A stretch of DNA of 59,030 bases from a virus: IMG/VR virus record IMGVR_UViG_3300048611_000080, positions 1 through 59,030 of that record, one strand, 5' to 3'. A program made the position numbers and the translations under genes. Numbering within the stretch: the first letter of the stretch is position 1; every line of letters begins with the position of its first letter. Shown here one piece after another: positions 24,202-32,943 of this stretch. The notes under the pieces are model-generated. The model had not been told where the DNA came from and did no database searches. It saw only the letters and a program-made list of their open reading frames with translations.

Positions 24202-24497
24202 TGGCTGCTGTGTTTCACACGCCGTGGGAGACAGACGGCATCCAAATCTACAACGCGCTTGGCCGCAAAGTCGGGCGCGCACACCGGGCGAGTGGCGAAG
24301 ATCGGGCAGCCGTGACTGCGCTGTGGACCGCCGCTCCTGCTCTCTACGAAGCGCTGAAGGAAGCGGCCGACATGCTCGAAGCGTGCGAGCGGCGCCTTCG
24401 TCAGAATGGCAGCTTCGAGCAGGCCAAGGTTGTTGACGAACAAGTCGGCAAAGCCCGCGCCGCCCTGGCTTCCGCTTCTGGTCATGGGGGAGAGTGA
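24198..24497 (+). CDS. Hypothetical protein
   Basis: 99-aa ORF. GTG/ATG start overlaps the upstream stop. Confidence 0.58.
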   Translation: MMAAVFHTPWETDGIQIYNALGRKVGRAHRASGEDRAAVTALWTAAPALYEALKEAADMLEACERRLRQNGSFEQAKVVDEQVGKARAALASASGHGGE

Positions 24498-24730
24498 TGG
24501 GCGTCTTCACTGTCACCATGCCGATTGCTGGTCACGCTGTTCGATCGGTTGAGGCCAAGGATCGCGCAGAGGCAATTCAAAAAGCCTTCGAGAACGTCAC
24601 GCTCAGCGACATCGAGTCTTGGGAAGCACTCGACCGCTTTCACCAGGGGAATATCTCACACTGCCCACAGCCTTGGGAAGTCACCGTGGAAAATGAAGAC
24701 GGTGAAGAAATAGAGGACGACGACCAATGA
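24494..24730 (+). CDS. Hypothetical acidic protein
   Basis: 78-aa ORF, coupled. Confidence 0.58.
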   Translation: MMGVFTVTMPIAGHAVRSVEAKDRAEAIQKAFENVTLSDIESWEALDRFHQGNISHCPQPWEVTVENEDGEEIEDDDQ

Positions 24731-24909
24731 CCCGCCGCCCCACCGCCGCAGACGAACTCCACGCCATGCTGAAGTATCGCGCCTTCAACGTCACCGTATG
24801 GCTCGCAAGATCAGCGGAGGTCAGGGGGTTCGATCTGGCCTCTCAGATCCATCGCTCGGAGAAGCGCGGGGACATTCGCGCGGAGTTTGCACGGAGGGCT
24901 GTGCTGTGA
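24727..24909 (+). CDS. Hypothetical protein
   Basis: 60-aa ORF with an ATGA overlap. Confidence 0.5.
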   Translation: MTRRPTAADELHAMLKYRAFNVTVWLARSAEVRGFDLASQIHRSEKRGDIRAEFARRAVL

Positions 24910-25304
24910 CCGTCCACGTCTTTCCTAAAGACGCCGAGCGGCAAGCCAAGTCGCTTGAGCTTTCCCACCGGGTCTGGCGGCACCGCGACTGCAAGGAAGC
25001 CTTGAGCCGCGAACTTGCCTGCCTCCACGGCGAGATCAAAGGCGTCGGCGGGCTCTATGAGCATGCTCAGTTCGAGAAGACCGCCGAAGCCGGCGCGAAG
25101 ATCGCCTACATCACGCGACAGATGCTCCTTGCCGACCAGGGCAACATATCGTGGGAGGAAGCCCGCGACAACGTCTGGGTAGGCGCCGACTGTGCGCCAA
25201 CGGAATCCGATCTCGAAGAAGCGAAGACGAGGATCGCGGCGCGCATCAGCGACAAGGCTGGTCTGTTCGATCTTGCTGTCGAGATAGCGAGGCCGATCCT
25301 ATGA
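24906..25304 (+). CDS. Hypothetical protein
   Basis: GTG at 24906 (GTGA overlap) within ORF 24798-25304. Confidence 0.55.
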   Translation: MTVHVFPKDAERQAKSLELSHRVWRHRDCKEALSRELACLHGEIKGVGGLYEHAQFEKTAEAGAKIAYITRQMLLADQGNISWEEARDNVWVGADCAPTESDLEEAKTRIAARISDKAGLFDLAVEIARPIL

Positions 25305-25486
25305 GCATCTACCCCATCATCACACTCGGCGACATCCTTCTGCAATTAGAGAAGGCCGCTCTCTGCGCTCGCATCGACTCTATCGCAGACGAGCTGAGAG
25401 CGGAAGCGGATCGGCTGAAGCAAGAGCGCGAACAACGGATCGGCGACAGCCTGGACAGGGTGATCACTATCGGGAGGGCGTCGTAA
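25301..25486 (+). CDS. Hypothetical protein
   Basis: Internal ATG (MSIYPIITLGD...) with an ATGA overlap. Confidence 0.5.
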   Translation: MSIYPIITLGDILLQLEKAALCARIDSIADELRAEADRLKQEREQRIGDSLDRVITIGRAS

Positions 25487-25758
25487 TGGCCGCTAGCAGA
25501 GCAGACATTGAGTCCTGGTTCAATAGCGGCGTCGCCGAAGGTCATACGCACATGGTCGTCGTGTGCGACACCTTCGATCACGAGGATTTCCCTGCGTATT
25601 TCGACAGCGCAGAAGACGCGCGCGAGAAGGTCGCCAAGCCAAGCTCCATGGAGCGCATCATGGAAGTCTACTACCTCAAAGACCCGCTCGACGAGCAAAT
25701 CAATCAGCACCGCTGTTTCAACTACGGCCCCGCCTCCCCTCAGACGGGAGGGGAATGA
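25486..25758 (+). CDS. Hypothetical protein
   Basis: 90-aa ORF. Confidence 0.58.
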   Translation: MAASRADIESWFNSGVAEGHTHMVVVCDTFDHEDFPAYFDSAEDAREKVAKPSSMERIMEVYYLKDPLDEQINQHRCFNYGPASPQTGGE

Positions 25759-25946
25759 TGACGCTGGCCGAGAAGAAAGAAATCCGGCGCATGGTCGCGG
25801 ACCTGATCTGCTCTGCGGGATGCGACTGCTGCCGGAACACACGGATCTGGGAGAAGGCCCAAGCTGAGTTGGCGAAGAAGCTCGGTGTGAGCCGCTACAA
25901 GGATGGCTCCGGTTTCAACTTCACAAAGTTCGAGAGCAAGCCATGA
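25755..25946 (+). CDS. Hypothetical Cys-containing protein
   Basis: Internal ATG (MMTLAEKKEIRRMVADLICSAGCDCCRN...) with an ATGA overlap. Confidence 0.5.
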   Translation: MMTLAEKKEIRRMVADLICSAGCDCCRNTRIWEKAQAELAKKLGVSRYKDGSGFNFTKFESKP

Positions 25947-26146
25947 CCCCCTCCGAGAAGATAGCAGAGAAGCTTTTCGACGTCATCGCCGTGAACATCA
26001 AGACGCTTGCCGAGCGGATCATGGAAACCCGGCTGACCAAGCTAGACGCCGAAGCGTTTGTGAAGATCGCCGTCTTTCGACGCGGCGTCGAGGAAGAATT
26101 CTACAAGACCGAACCGCATCCGTACACGCCAAAGGCCGCCCCATGA
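25943..26146 (+). CDS. Hypothetical protein
   Basis: 67-aa ORF with an ATGA overlap. Confidence 0.55.
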   Translation: MTPSEKIAEKLFDVIAVNIKTLAERIMETRLTKLDAEAFVKIAVFRRGVEEEFYKTEPHPYTPKAAP

Positions 26147-26520
26147 CCGACATAGCAGATAAGCTGGCGGAACTTGAACGCCTGTTTGCGAAGGCGACGA
26201 TGGGGCCGTGGACTAGAGAGTCCGACAGCGAAACTAGCTGGGCGTGCTTTCTCTGTGGCAAGGACGGGCAAGCGACCGGTGAGGTCTATCCCAACAATGG
26301 GGAGAACGACGCCGCCCTCATCATCTTCCTGGTGAACGAAGCGCGCGCCCTGCTCAGGCGCGCGGCGCAGGTGGAGGAGGTGCTGAAGAAATGCGATGCG
26401 CTCGCTATCGCTGCGCTGATCAACACAACGTCGGAACGCGCGCAAGTAATTCAAGACGCGCTGGATGATGTTCTCGGCATCGCTCGCGCCGCCCTCTCAC
26501 CCCCAGGAGACGAGAGATGA
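26143..26520 (+). CDS. Hypothetical protein (ead/Ea22-like 'ATMGPW' N-terminus)
   Basis: Internal ATG (MTDIADKLAELERLFAKATMGPWTRE...) with an ATGA overlap. Confidence 0.55.
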   Translation: MTDIADKLAELERLFAKATMGPWTRESDSETSWACFLCGKDGQATGEVYPNNGENDAALIIFLVNEARALLRRAAQVEEVLKKCDALAIAALINTTSERAQVIQDALDDVLGIARAALSPPGDER

Positions 26521-26951
26521 CGCAAGACGAACGCTATGCGCGCCTGTCTGCCGCGTTGGACCTCCCAACAAGCACGGGAAGGCTCGGCGGGCCAAGAACT
26601 GAAGTTTTTTGCACTGACCTTTGCTGGCTCATGGAGCAATTCGTCGAGCAGTCCGCATCCCTTGAAGCAGCTAGGGGGAGATGCGCGGAGCTGGTCGAGG
26701 CACTGAAGCCGTTCGCTGAAGCCGCTGGTGATGAGTCCTTCGTGGGCCACCCGGGATTTCCAGAAGACGGCATCGCACCGACTGGCCCCTACGGTGATGC
26801 CCTGTCTCTCTATCTCGTGGCGTGGCCCGGTGAAGATCACGAATTACGAACAGACGATTGCAGGTTCACGCTTGGCGATCTCCGCCACGCCGCCGCTCTC
26901 CTCAACGAAGCCGAGCGCGCGGCTGCAATCAGAGACGGAGTCGGACTGTGA
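26517..26951 (+). CDS. Hypothetical protein
   Basis: 144-aa ORF. Confidence 0.58.
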   Translation: MTQDERYARLSAALDLPTSTGRLGGPRTEVFCTDLCWLMEQFVEQSASLEAARGRCAELVEALKPFAEAAGDESFVGHPGFPEDGIAPTGPYGDALSLYLVAWPGEDHELRTDDCRFTLGDLRHAAALLNEAERAAAIRDGVGL

Positions 26952-27061
26952 CCCTCACCCCCGCTGAATGGATCGCTGGAGGCCTGATCGCAGCGTTTGC
27001 AGTCCCGATGATCGCATGGGGCTTGGCGAGCGCTCGTGGAGTGGCGCCGAGAAGGAAGTGA
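26948..27061 (+). CDS. 37-aa TM peptide (candidate)
   Basis: GTG start in a GTGA overlap. Sequence VTLTPAEWIAGGLIAAFAVPMIAWGLASARGVAPRRK. Confidence 0.33.
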   Translation: MTLTPAEWIAGGLIAAFAVPMIAWGLASARGVAPRRK

Positions 27062-27072
27062 AGGAGTGAAAA

Positions 27073-27819
27073 ATGTCAGCACTAGCTAAGCATGAACCTG
27101 GGCAGGTAGCGCCCGCACAAACACCGCCTGACCCGTTCATGGCGATGATTCAGCAGGCATCGGACAAGCCTGAACTTATACCGCAAATCCGCGAGCTTGT
27201 CGCTATCCGCAACGAGGAAATCGCACGGCTGGCGCGGGTCGCTTATGCAGCCGCTCTGGCGGAGATGCAGCCTGAGCTTCCGGCTGCAGCACATCGTGGG
27301 CTCAACACCAACACCAACAAGAGCTATGCGAAATGGGAGGACATCCACGTCCTCATCTCTCCAGTCTTGGCGCGGTTCGGGTTCTCTCTGTCATTCAAGA
27401 CGGAGGTCACCGGCGACAAGGTCGTGGTGACCGCGATCTTGAGCCACCGCGAGGGACACAACGACCAGACATCCCTGCCGCTTCCTATCGACGCCGGCGC
27501 CGGCCGCAATGCGGTTCAGGCCGTGGGCTCAACGGTAAGCTACGGCAAACGCTACACCGCCTGCGCGCTTCTGAACATCAGAACCAGCGAAGATGACGAC
27601 GGGCACGGGGCTGGCGGCGTCATCAACGAGAGCCAGGCGAAGGTCTTCACGGACCTTGTCGAGACGCACAAGGCCAACCTCACAAAGCTGCTGAAGTACG
27701 TGAAGGCCGAAAGCGTCGAGACGATGACGCAGGCGCAACTCGACACCGCAACCGAGGCGCTGAATCGCTGGATCGACGGCGAGAAGACCAAAGCCGAGAA
27801 GAAGGCTGCCGCGAAATGA
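27073..27819 (+). CDS. erf: ERF-family single-strand annealing protein
   Basis: 248 aa. ...YAKWEDIHVLISPVLARFGFSLSF... and ...AVGSTVSYGKRYTACALLNIRTSEDDDG... match the Erf signature. Strong SD (gaaggag). Confidence 0.75.
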   Translation: MSALAKHEPGQVAPAQTPPDPFMAMIQQASDKPELIPQIRELVAIRNEEIARLARVAYAAALAEMQPELPAAAHRGLNTNTNKSYAKWEDIHVLISPVLARFGFSLSFKTEVTGDKVVVTAILSHREGHNDQTSLPLPIDAGAGRNAVQAVGSTVSYGKRYTACALLNIRTSEDDDGHGAGGVINESQAKVFTDLVETHKANLTKLLKYVKAESVETMTQAQLDTATEALNRWIDGEKTKAEKKAAAK

Positions 27820-28433
27820 TCCTGCAGGGCTCACCTGAGTGGCATCAGGCCAGACTCGGCAAGGCGACCGCCTCGCGGATTGCCGACGTGATCGCGCGCA
27901 CGAAGTCTGGCTACTCGACCTCGCGCGCCAATTACGAGGCCGAGCTTATCGTCGAACGCTTGACGGGCATGGAAATCCCGAAGTTCACCAGCGCGGCCAT
28001 GCAACACGGCATCGACACGGAACCGCAGGCGAAGGATGCCTACGCCTTCATGCGTGACTGCGATGTGGAGATTGCCGGGTTCGTCGAGCATCCGAGCATT
28101 GAGATGGCTGGCGCCAGCCCTGACGGGTTCGTGGGCGAGCATGGGCTTGTTGAGGCGAAGTGCCCCATCACGGCAACCCATATCGCAACCCTTCTAACCG
28201 GCGCGATCCCGGGCGAATACCTCACGCAGATGCAATGGCAGATGGTCTGCACCGGCAGGAAGTGGGTCGACTACATCAGCTTCGATCCAAGGCTCCCGGC
28301 CCGGATGCAATTGTTCATCAAGCGTGTGGATCGCGACAACGCGAAGATCGCCGAACTGGAGAAGGAGGTCCGCGCCTTTCTCGATGGCGTCACCGCCAAG
28401 ATTGCCGAGCTGGAGAAGGTCGCCGCAGCATGA
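27816..28433 (+). CDS. YqaJ-type (lambda Exo-like, PD-(D/E)XK) recombination exonuclease
   Basis: MILQGSPEWHQARLGKATASRI... and ...GASPDGFVGEHGLVEAKCP... are YqaJ family motifs. Confidence 0.78.
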   Translation: MILQGSPEWHQARLGKATASRIADVIARTKSGYSTSRANYEAELIVERLTGMEIPKFTSAAMQHGIDTEPQAKDAYAFMRDCDVEIAGFVEHPSIEMAGASPDGFVGEHGLVEAKCPITATHIATLLTGAIPGEYLTQMQWQMVCTGRKWVDYISFDPRLPARMQLFIKRVDRDNAKIAELEKEVRAFLDGVTAKIAELEKVAAA

Positions 28434-28879
28434 GCCGCATCGCCTTCGTCCTTGCCGATGCTGAAAGCCGCGATGAAGCGGCCCGCCTCTGCATGTCGGC
28501 CCCAGAGGGAACCTACGTCGAGTTCAAGGACGAGGCGCGGACACGCACAGAGCTTCAAAACAAAAAGATGTGGCCGATGCTTACCGAAATCAGCCGGCAG
28601 GTTTCATGGCCGCCATACCCGCAGAACGGCGTGCAGCTTTCACCGGAAGACTGGAAACTGATCATGCTCGACGCGCTAGGCCATGAGATGCGGCTGATAC
28701 CAAACGCAGGGTTGAATGGCTTCGTGAACCTGGGTCGGTCGTCATCGGTCCTGAAGGTCGGCGAGTTCCGCGATCTCATAGAGATCATCTACGCGTTCGG
28801 GGCGCAGCACGGCGTCAAGTTTCGAGAGCCCAAAGCCGAGCCCGAGCCTGACCAAGCCGCTGAGAGGGAGAGGGCGTGA
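28430..28879 (+). CDS. ninB: NinB/Orf-family recombination mediator
   Basis: ELQNKKMWPMLTEISRQVSW... and ...VGEFRDLIEIIYAFGAQHGVKF parallel lambda NinB LDQNRKLWACLGDVSRQVEW... and ...VGEFAELLELIQAFGTERGVKW. Confidence 0.8.
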   Translation: MSRIAFVLADAESRDEAARLCMSAPEGTYVEFKDEARTRTELQNKKMWPMLTEISRQVSWPPYPQNGVQLSPEDWKLIMLDALGHEMRLIPNAGLNGFVNLGRSSSVLKVGEFRDLIEIIYAFGAQHGVKFREPKAEPEPDQAAERERA

Positions 28880-29121
28880 TGGGTGAACGCAAGTTCACGA
28901 AAGACGAAATGGCGAAGATGGCTGCGGGTACGTGCATTGCGCGCATCGTCAACATTCGGCAGGGCCTCGAACGCAAAGACGAAATCGGAACGGTTACTGT
29001 GGCTGACGTTGATAAGGCAGAGTCAGCGGCGTGGGATGCGATCCGCATCTTCTTGAACGCAATCGGGCACGACAAAGTCGCCATCGTGCATGACAAACTG
29101 AGGGGGTGGCGCGATGCCTGA
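28876..29121 (+). CDS. Hypothetical protein
   Basis: 81-aa ORF, coupled. Confidence 0.55.
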   Translation: MMGERKFTKDEMAKMAAGTCIARIVNIRQGLERKDEIGTVTVADVDKAESAAWDAIRIFLNAIGHDKVAIVHDKLRGWRDA

Positions 29122-29383
29122 CACTCCTGAAGAAACCGCGCTGCGCGACATGGTCGATCGCTGGGTAGCCGAGGCTGAAGCCCTCGGCTGGAAGGCTGTC
29201 GTCATGCTCAGCATCTCGGCTGAGGACCGCACCGGATACACGCTCGGCGCCGCATCTGAATCCCTGTCGCCAGCGCAGGAAACCATGCTCCTCGGCATGT
29301 GTCTTGTCGAGGCGGAAGACGAGATGGAGAAGCTTCATCCCGCCGCTTTGCTTGAGGCGAGAGAGGCGGATGGCAATGCCTGA
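29114..29383 (+). CDS. Hypothetical protein
   Basis: 89-aa ORF. Confidence 0.55.
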   Translation: MPDTPEETALRDMVDRWVAEAEALGWKAVVMLSISAEDRTGYTLGAASESLSPAQETMLLGMCLVEAEDEMEKLHPAALLEAREADGNA

Positions 29384-29801
29384 CACCCTCGCAGAGATCC
29401 CGAAGCTAGCGGTTCGCGAGCCTGTCCCCGCTCAGAAGCGCAAGCCGCTTACCCGCCGGCAGTTTGCCGAGTTGATCTTGAGGCAGGAGGGCCGCTGCGG
29501 GTGTGGCTGCGGGGAACGCCTCAAGGCTGACGAGATCGTGGATGAGCATCTTCACGCTTTGAATCTCGGCGGCGGAAACGAGCTTACCAACCGCTCGCTC
29601 TGGCGCAAGCAGTGCTCTCAGAAGAAGACGGATGAGCACGACAAACCTCTAGCGGCAAAGGGCGCACGCTTGAGGGGCGAGACCTGCAACGGGCCGAAGC
29701 GCAAAATCCAAGGCCGCTCCACGTTCGGCAAGCCGGAAGTGTCGACCTTGAGCAAAGCTCATCGCGCGAAAGTTAGAGAGAGGATCGGGATCGGGAAGTG
29801 A
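29370..29801 (+). CDS. HNH endonuclease
   Basis: CGCGCGERLKADEIVDEHLHALNLGGGNELTNRSLWRKQCSQKKT is an HNH motif with flanking Cys pairs. Confidence 0.75.
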   Translation: MAMPDTLAEIPKLAVREPVPAQKRKPLTRRQFAELILRQEGRCGCGCGERLKADEIVDEHLHALNLGGGNELTNRSLWRKQCSQKKTDEHDKPLAAKGARLRGETCNGPKRKIQGRSTFGKPEVSTLSKAHRAKVRERIGIGK

Positions 29802-29953
29802 AGCTGCACATCGTTGAAAAAGTCGGGATAGGCATAATCGCTGGCGCCTTCGTAGGGATGGTGATGCGGCCGGGTTTGGCGGCAATCATCGTCGAACTCA
29901 TAGGCATTGCCACGTTGCTTTTCGGTCAACAACTTCGTCACAGCAAGCGATGA
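29798..29953 (+). CDS. 51-aa two-TM peptide (candidate)
   Basis: Manual translation: VKLHIVEKVGIGIIAGAFVGMVMRPGLAAIIVELIGIATLLFGQQLRHSKR. GTGA and ATGA overlaps. Confidence 0.4.
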   Translation: MKLHIVEKVGIGIIAGAFVGMVMRPGLAAIIVELIGIATLLFGQQLRHSKR

Positions 29954-30207
29954 CCCTCCGCCCCACCCCGCTCCACCTTTCCATCATAGCCGGCGCCTGG
30001 CTGCTTGGCCTCACGGTTCTCTACATCGAGCTTCGGTCGAAGGTGAACTTCGCAACCGCCGATCATGTGGCCGAGCTGGAGTGTCGTGTCGCAGCGGTTG
30101 AGACGCTCGCGACAAACCTTAGAGCGCTTGAGGCGGATGAAGGATGCGAGGCGCAGGCCGCAGAGTGGAAGGCTGTTGTGAGGGAAGCAAGGGTGACAGA
30201 GCGATGA
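29950..30207 (+). CDS. Membrane-anchored coiled-coil protein
   Basis: 85-aa ORF with an N-terminal TM segment (LSIIAGAWLLGLTVLYI). Confidence 0.55.
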   Translation: MTLRPTPLHLSIIAGAWLLGLTVLYIELRSKVNFATADHVAELECRVAAVETLATNLRALEADEGCEAQAAEWKAVVREARVTER

Positions 30208-30446
30208 CCGACACAGAACGCTGCCTTAAATACGCTTGGCTGAATCCCCTTGCGGGTCGGAAACCGCGCGACCGCTTCGAACACATCGCGGAGGCGATAA
30301 TCAGCGACCTACGTGACCGGCACACGATCAAGTGGGGCTTCGATAATCTGGACCAAGAGGTCAGCGAAGAGATCGTGGAGGCGCTCGCCGCCATCGTGAA
30401 GGAAGTCTACCGCGAGGAACTTCCACATCCGGAGGATTGGAAATGA
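30204..30446 (+). CDS. Hypothetical protein
   Basis: Internal ATG (MTDTERCLKYAWLNP...) with an ATGA overlap. Confidence 0.55.
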   Translation: MTDTERCLKYAWLNPLAGRKPRDRFEHIAEAIISDLRDRHTIKWGFDNLDQEVSEEIVEALAAIVKEVYREELPHPEDWK

Positions 30447-30679
30447 CCGGACATCTCGACGACTGGCCCGACGACGATCAGGACGACTGCTGGCAGTGCG
30501 GCGGCGAAGGCGGCTGGGCTAGCTGCATGGAAGACTGCTGCCCATACGAAGGCGGCGAGGAGGCGTGTGACGATCCTGCGTGCTGGGTGCGATGTGATGT
30601 CTGCAACCCGCGCAAGCCGAAGAAGGACGACGCCTCCACCGAAGGCGGCGAGCCCCGCCCTGCCGGAGGCGCGGGATGA
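30443..30679 (+). CDS. Cys-rich acidic small protein (zinc-binding-like)
   Basis: 78 aa with 10 Cys (CWQCGGEGGWASCMEDCCPYEGGEEACDDPACWVRCDVC). Confidence 0.55.
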   Translation: MTGHLDDWPDDDQDDCWQCGGEGGWASCMEDCCPYEGGEEACDDPACWVRCDVCNPRKPKKDDASTEGGEPRPAGGAG

Positions 30680-30927
30680 CGGGGAGCCGTGAAAAGCCTG
30701 CGGTTCGTCCTTGGCCCCGCTGGATGCGGGCTGAGACGGCCGCGGCCTATTGCGATGAGGTGTCAACTGAGGCTTTCCTGCGCGCCGTGGGGCTGGGGCT
30801 CTATCCCAAAGCCCATGACGTACCGGGGAAGGGCAATCGATGGCTGCCGGAAGAGCTGGACCAGGCGATACAAAAGAACGTCTCAGAGAGAGACGAGCGG
30901 GACGTAAATCTCGTAGACCTCGTATGA
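30676..30927 (+). CDS. xis: Excisionase / AlpA-type HTH protein
   Basis: 83 aa. RWMRAETAAAYCDEVSTEAFLRAV...GNRWLPEELDQAI. ATGA-coupled to the integrase gene. Confidence 0.62.
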   Translation: MTGSREKPAVRPWPRWMRAETAAAYCDEVSTEAFLRAVGLGLYPKAHDVPGKGNRWLPEELDQAIQKNVSERDERDVNLVDLV

Positions 30928-32165
30928 TCGCGATCAATGATCTCCCGCGCTACATGCTTCCGAAGGCGCTCGCTGGCGGCGAGATCGCCTACTATTGGTC
31001 GCCCACCGACAAAGCGTTGGCGGATTCGGGAATGGAGCGTCAGCGCCTCGGAAGAGACTACGCCAAGGCGCGCGAGGCTGCCAGTGCTCTTAACGACCGC
31101 CTCGACTTCTGGAAGATCCACAAGCGGTTTCCAGATGATGCGGCGAATGACGCTCCCCTGCCCGGCACAATCGATGCGGTCTTTGTGCGATACCAGGAGC
31201 TGAACCCATCGAAGCCCGGCGCGTTCAAGAAGCTCAAGCCGAAGCAGCAGAAGGACTATCAGCGCCTGATGCGGCGCTTTGCCAACCACAAACTCAAGAC
31301 GGGCCGCAGGCTGGGCGACATGCCGGCGAACAGGCTGGACGCACGCACCGCCGATGCCGTCTATGAAAAGCTGCTCTACGATGAGGATGGATACGCCCGG
31401 CGCCGCGTGACCAATCACACAATAGCGATCTGCCGGAAAGCGTTCAACGTGGTGGCGCGGTCCAACCCGGAATGGATGCCGATCAAGAACCCGTTCGACG
31501 GGATGACGCTGGACACATCCTCAGCCGAGACGACGCCCGCGACCTATGCAGACCTCGTGGCCTTCGAGAAGAAAGCCGCCGAGATGGACCTGCCAGAGAT
31601 GGCCTTCGCCGCAAGGGCTGCATGGGAGCTGCTACAGCGCGTCGAGGAAATCTGCACGACGTTTGCGTGGACGCACTGGCGCCCGCTGGATAATCCCGAT
31701 GCGGTCTTTCTCGGCTTCGCAAAAAACAAGAATCCGGTGTGGAAACCTTTGGGCGAACGGGATGAAAAAGGGCGCTGGATAGCGTACTATCCCGAGCTTG
31801 AAGAACGCCTCGAAGCGGTGCCCAAGCGCGGGATGCTGGTCATGGTCCACAACGCGACGAAGGGCAGGAAGAAAGCCGATGGCTCGTCCGTCAAGGCCGT
31901 CTTCCGTCCGTACACAACCAGGTTCATGCAGAAGCGCGCCCGCCTGATCCGCGACGCCGCCGAGCTTCCGCCGCACGTCACCATGGAGACGTTCCGCCAT
32001 GGCGGGCTGACCGAGCTGGGCAGCGCCGGGCTTCCCGACACGCTGGCGCAGGCGCTCAGCCGCCACAAGCAGCGCGCCACGCTCGACCGCTACATCCACA
32101 CCGACGTTGACCAGATGAAGAAGGGCGCCCGGCTCAGGCTGGCGCACAGGAGAGGTGAGACGTGA
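30924..32165 (+). CDS. int: Tyrosine integrase
   Basis: 413 aa from MIAINDLPRY. The C-terminal catalytic region has ...ETFRHGGLTELGSAG... and ...LSRHKQRATLDRYIH (HxxR box and catalytic Tyr context). attP lies about 300 bp downstream. Confidence 0.8.
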   Translation: MIAINDLPRYMLPKALAGGEIAYYWSPTDKALADSGMERQRLGRDYAKAREAASALNDRLDFWKIHKRFPDDAANDAPLPGTIDAVFVRYQELNPSKPGAFKKLKPKQQKDYQRLMRRFANHKLKTGRRLGDMPANRLDARTADAVYEKLLYDEDGYARRRVTNHTIAICRKAFNVVARSNPEWMPIKNPFDGMTLDTSSAETTPATYADLVAFEKKAAEMDLPEMAFAARAAWELLQRVEEICTTFAWTHWRPLDNPDAVFLGFAKNKNPVWKPLGERDEKGRWIAYYPELEERLEAVPKRGMLVMVHNATKGRKKADGSSVKAVFRPYTTRFMQKRARLIRDAAELPPHVTMETFRHGGLTELGSAGLPDTLAQALSRHKQRATLDRYIHTDVDQMKKGARLRLAHRRGET

Positions 32166-32410
32166 AAGAGGACTTGACTGGCTGGGTTATGAAATGGTGC
32201 TGGGCCGCCGCGGCCGTTTCGTTTCTCGCGGGCGTTTTGGTTTCCGGGGGGATGATGATAGCGGCCAGCCTCATGCCGCTATCCGAACAGAGTGTGGATG
32301 CGACATGGCGTGCGACAAACGCCATCTACCCGTTCCTTGGGGTCACCGGCGGCTTCATGCTCGTCTTCCTGATCGCGTGCCTGATCGAGATCGTCCGCAT
32401 GAAGTACTGA
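32162..32410 (+). CDS. Small multi-TM membrane protein at the att-proximal end
   Basis: 82 aa with a GTG start (GTGA overlap with int) and three hydrophobic segments. Confidence 0.55.
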   Translation: MKEDLTGWVMKWCWAAAAVSFLAGVLVSGGMMIAASLMPLSEQSVDATWRATNAIYPFLGVTGGFMLVFLIACLIEIVRMKY

Positions 32411-32431
32411 GTCAGAATGCCAGTCAGAATG
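32411..32431. repeat. attP arm-type repeats (two direct copies of GTCAGAATG)
   Basis: gtcagaatg at 32411-32419 and 32423-32431. Confidence 0.55.
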
Positions 32432-32467
32432 GAAGTAGACGAAAGTGGGAAAAACCGTTATAAATCA

Positions 32468-32519
32468 TGGTAGTGGGGGCGGGAATCGAACCCGCGACCT
32501 CAGGATTATGAGTCCTGCG
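32468..32519 (-). other. attP core: 3' portion (anticodon arm to CCA) of a tRNA(CAU) gene; not a complete tRNA
   Basis: Minus strand reads GCAGGACTCATAATCCTGAGGTCGCGGGTTCGATTCCCGCCCCCACTACCA. This contains an anticodon stem-loop (CAT), a T arm GCGGG-TTCGATT-CCCGC, the 3' acceptor strand and CCA. No D arm or 5' acceptor strand lies upstream. Confidence 0.8.
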
Positions 32520-32551
32520 CGGACGAGTAAAAATCCTTTGGTTTCAATAGC

Positions 32552-32619
32552 CGTTCTGACAGTTTACGGCGTGTTCCCGGCAAGCAAATTCATAGACTTA
32601 GCGTGGCTGTCAGAATGCC
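32552..32619. repeat. attP arm-type repeats on the other side of the core
   Basis: cgttctgac at 32552-32560 (inverted copy, GTCAGAACG) and gtcagaatgcc at 32609-32619. Confidence 0.5.
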
Positions 32620-32679
32620 CCCGCGCCAAAGCCCGCCGCCTTGCGTGGGTGGGGCTGTGAGTAATTGAAGGAGAAGGAA

Positions 32680-32943
32680 ATGGCTTTGAAGGAACTGACC
32701 GCAACGACTGAGCGGCGAGTGAAGGTCGTGCCCGGAGATGACCCACCGGCGCCGGAGGTGATGGCGCAAGCCATCGTGGATATTGCCGAGGCGATGAAAC
32801 GCCTGTCTCAGACCCGGCTATCCGAAAGCACCCTGCATCTTCTGATCTCCCATGCCGCGAAGGTGCCGCAGCGGGATGTGAAGAACGTGCTGTGGGCTCT
32901 CCGCAACCTTGAAAGCGTATACCTCAAACCGAAGGCGAAGTGA
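32680..32943 (+). CDS. Hypothetical protein
   Basis: ATG preceded by the SD gaaggagaagg. 87 aa. Confidence 0.55.
   Translation: MALKELTATTERRVKVVPGDDPPAPEVMAQAIVDIAEAMKRLSQTRLSESTLHLLISHAAKVPQRDVKNVLWALRNLESVYLKPKAK

Noticed and set aside
32440-32560. Possible complete tRNA gene.
   Set aside because: Only the anticodon arm, variable loop, T arm and 3' acceptor/CCA are present. The upstream sequence (minus strand ...aaaggatttttactcgtccg) cannot form a D arm or pair with the acceptor strand. It is interpreted as the attP core.
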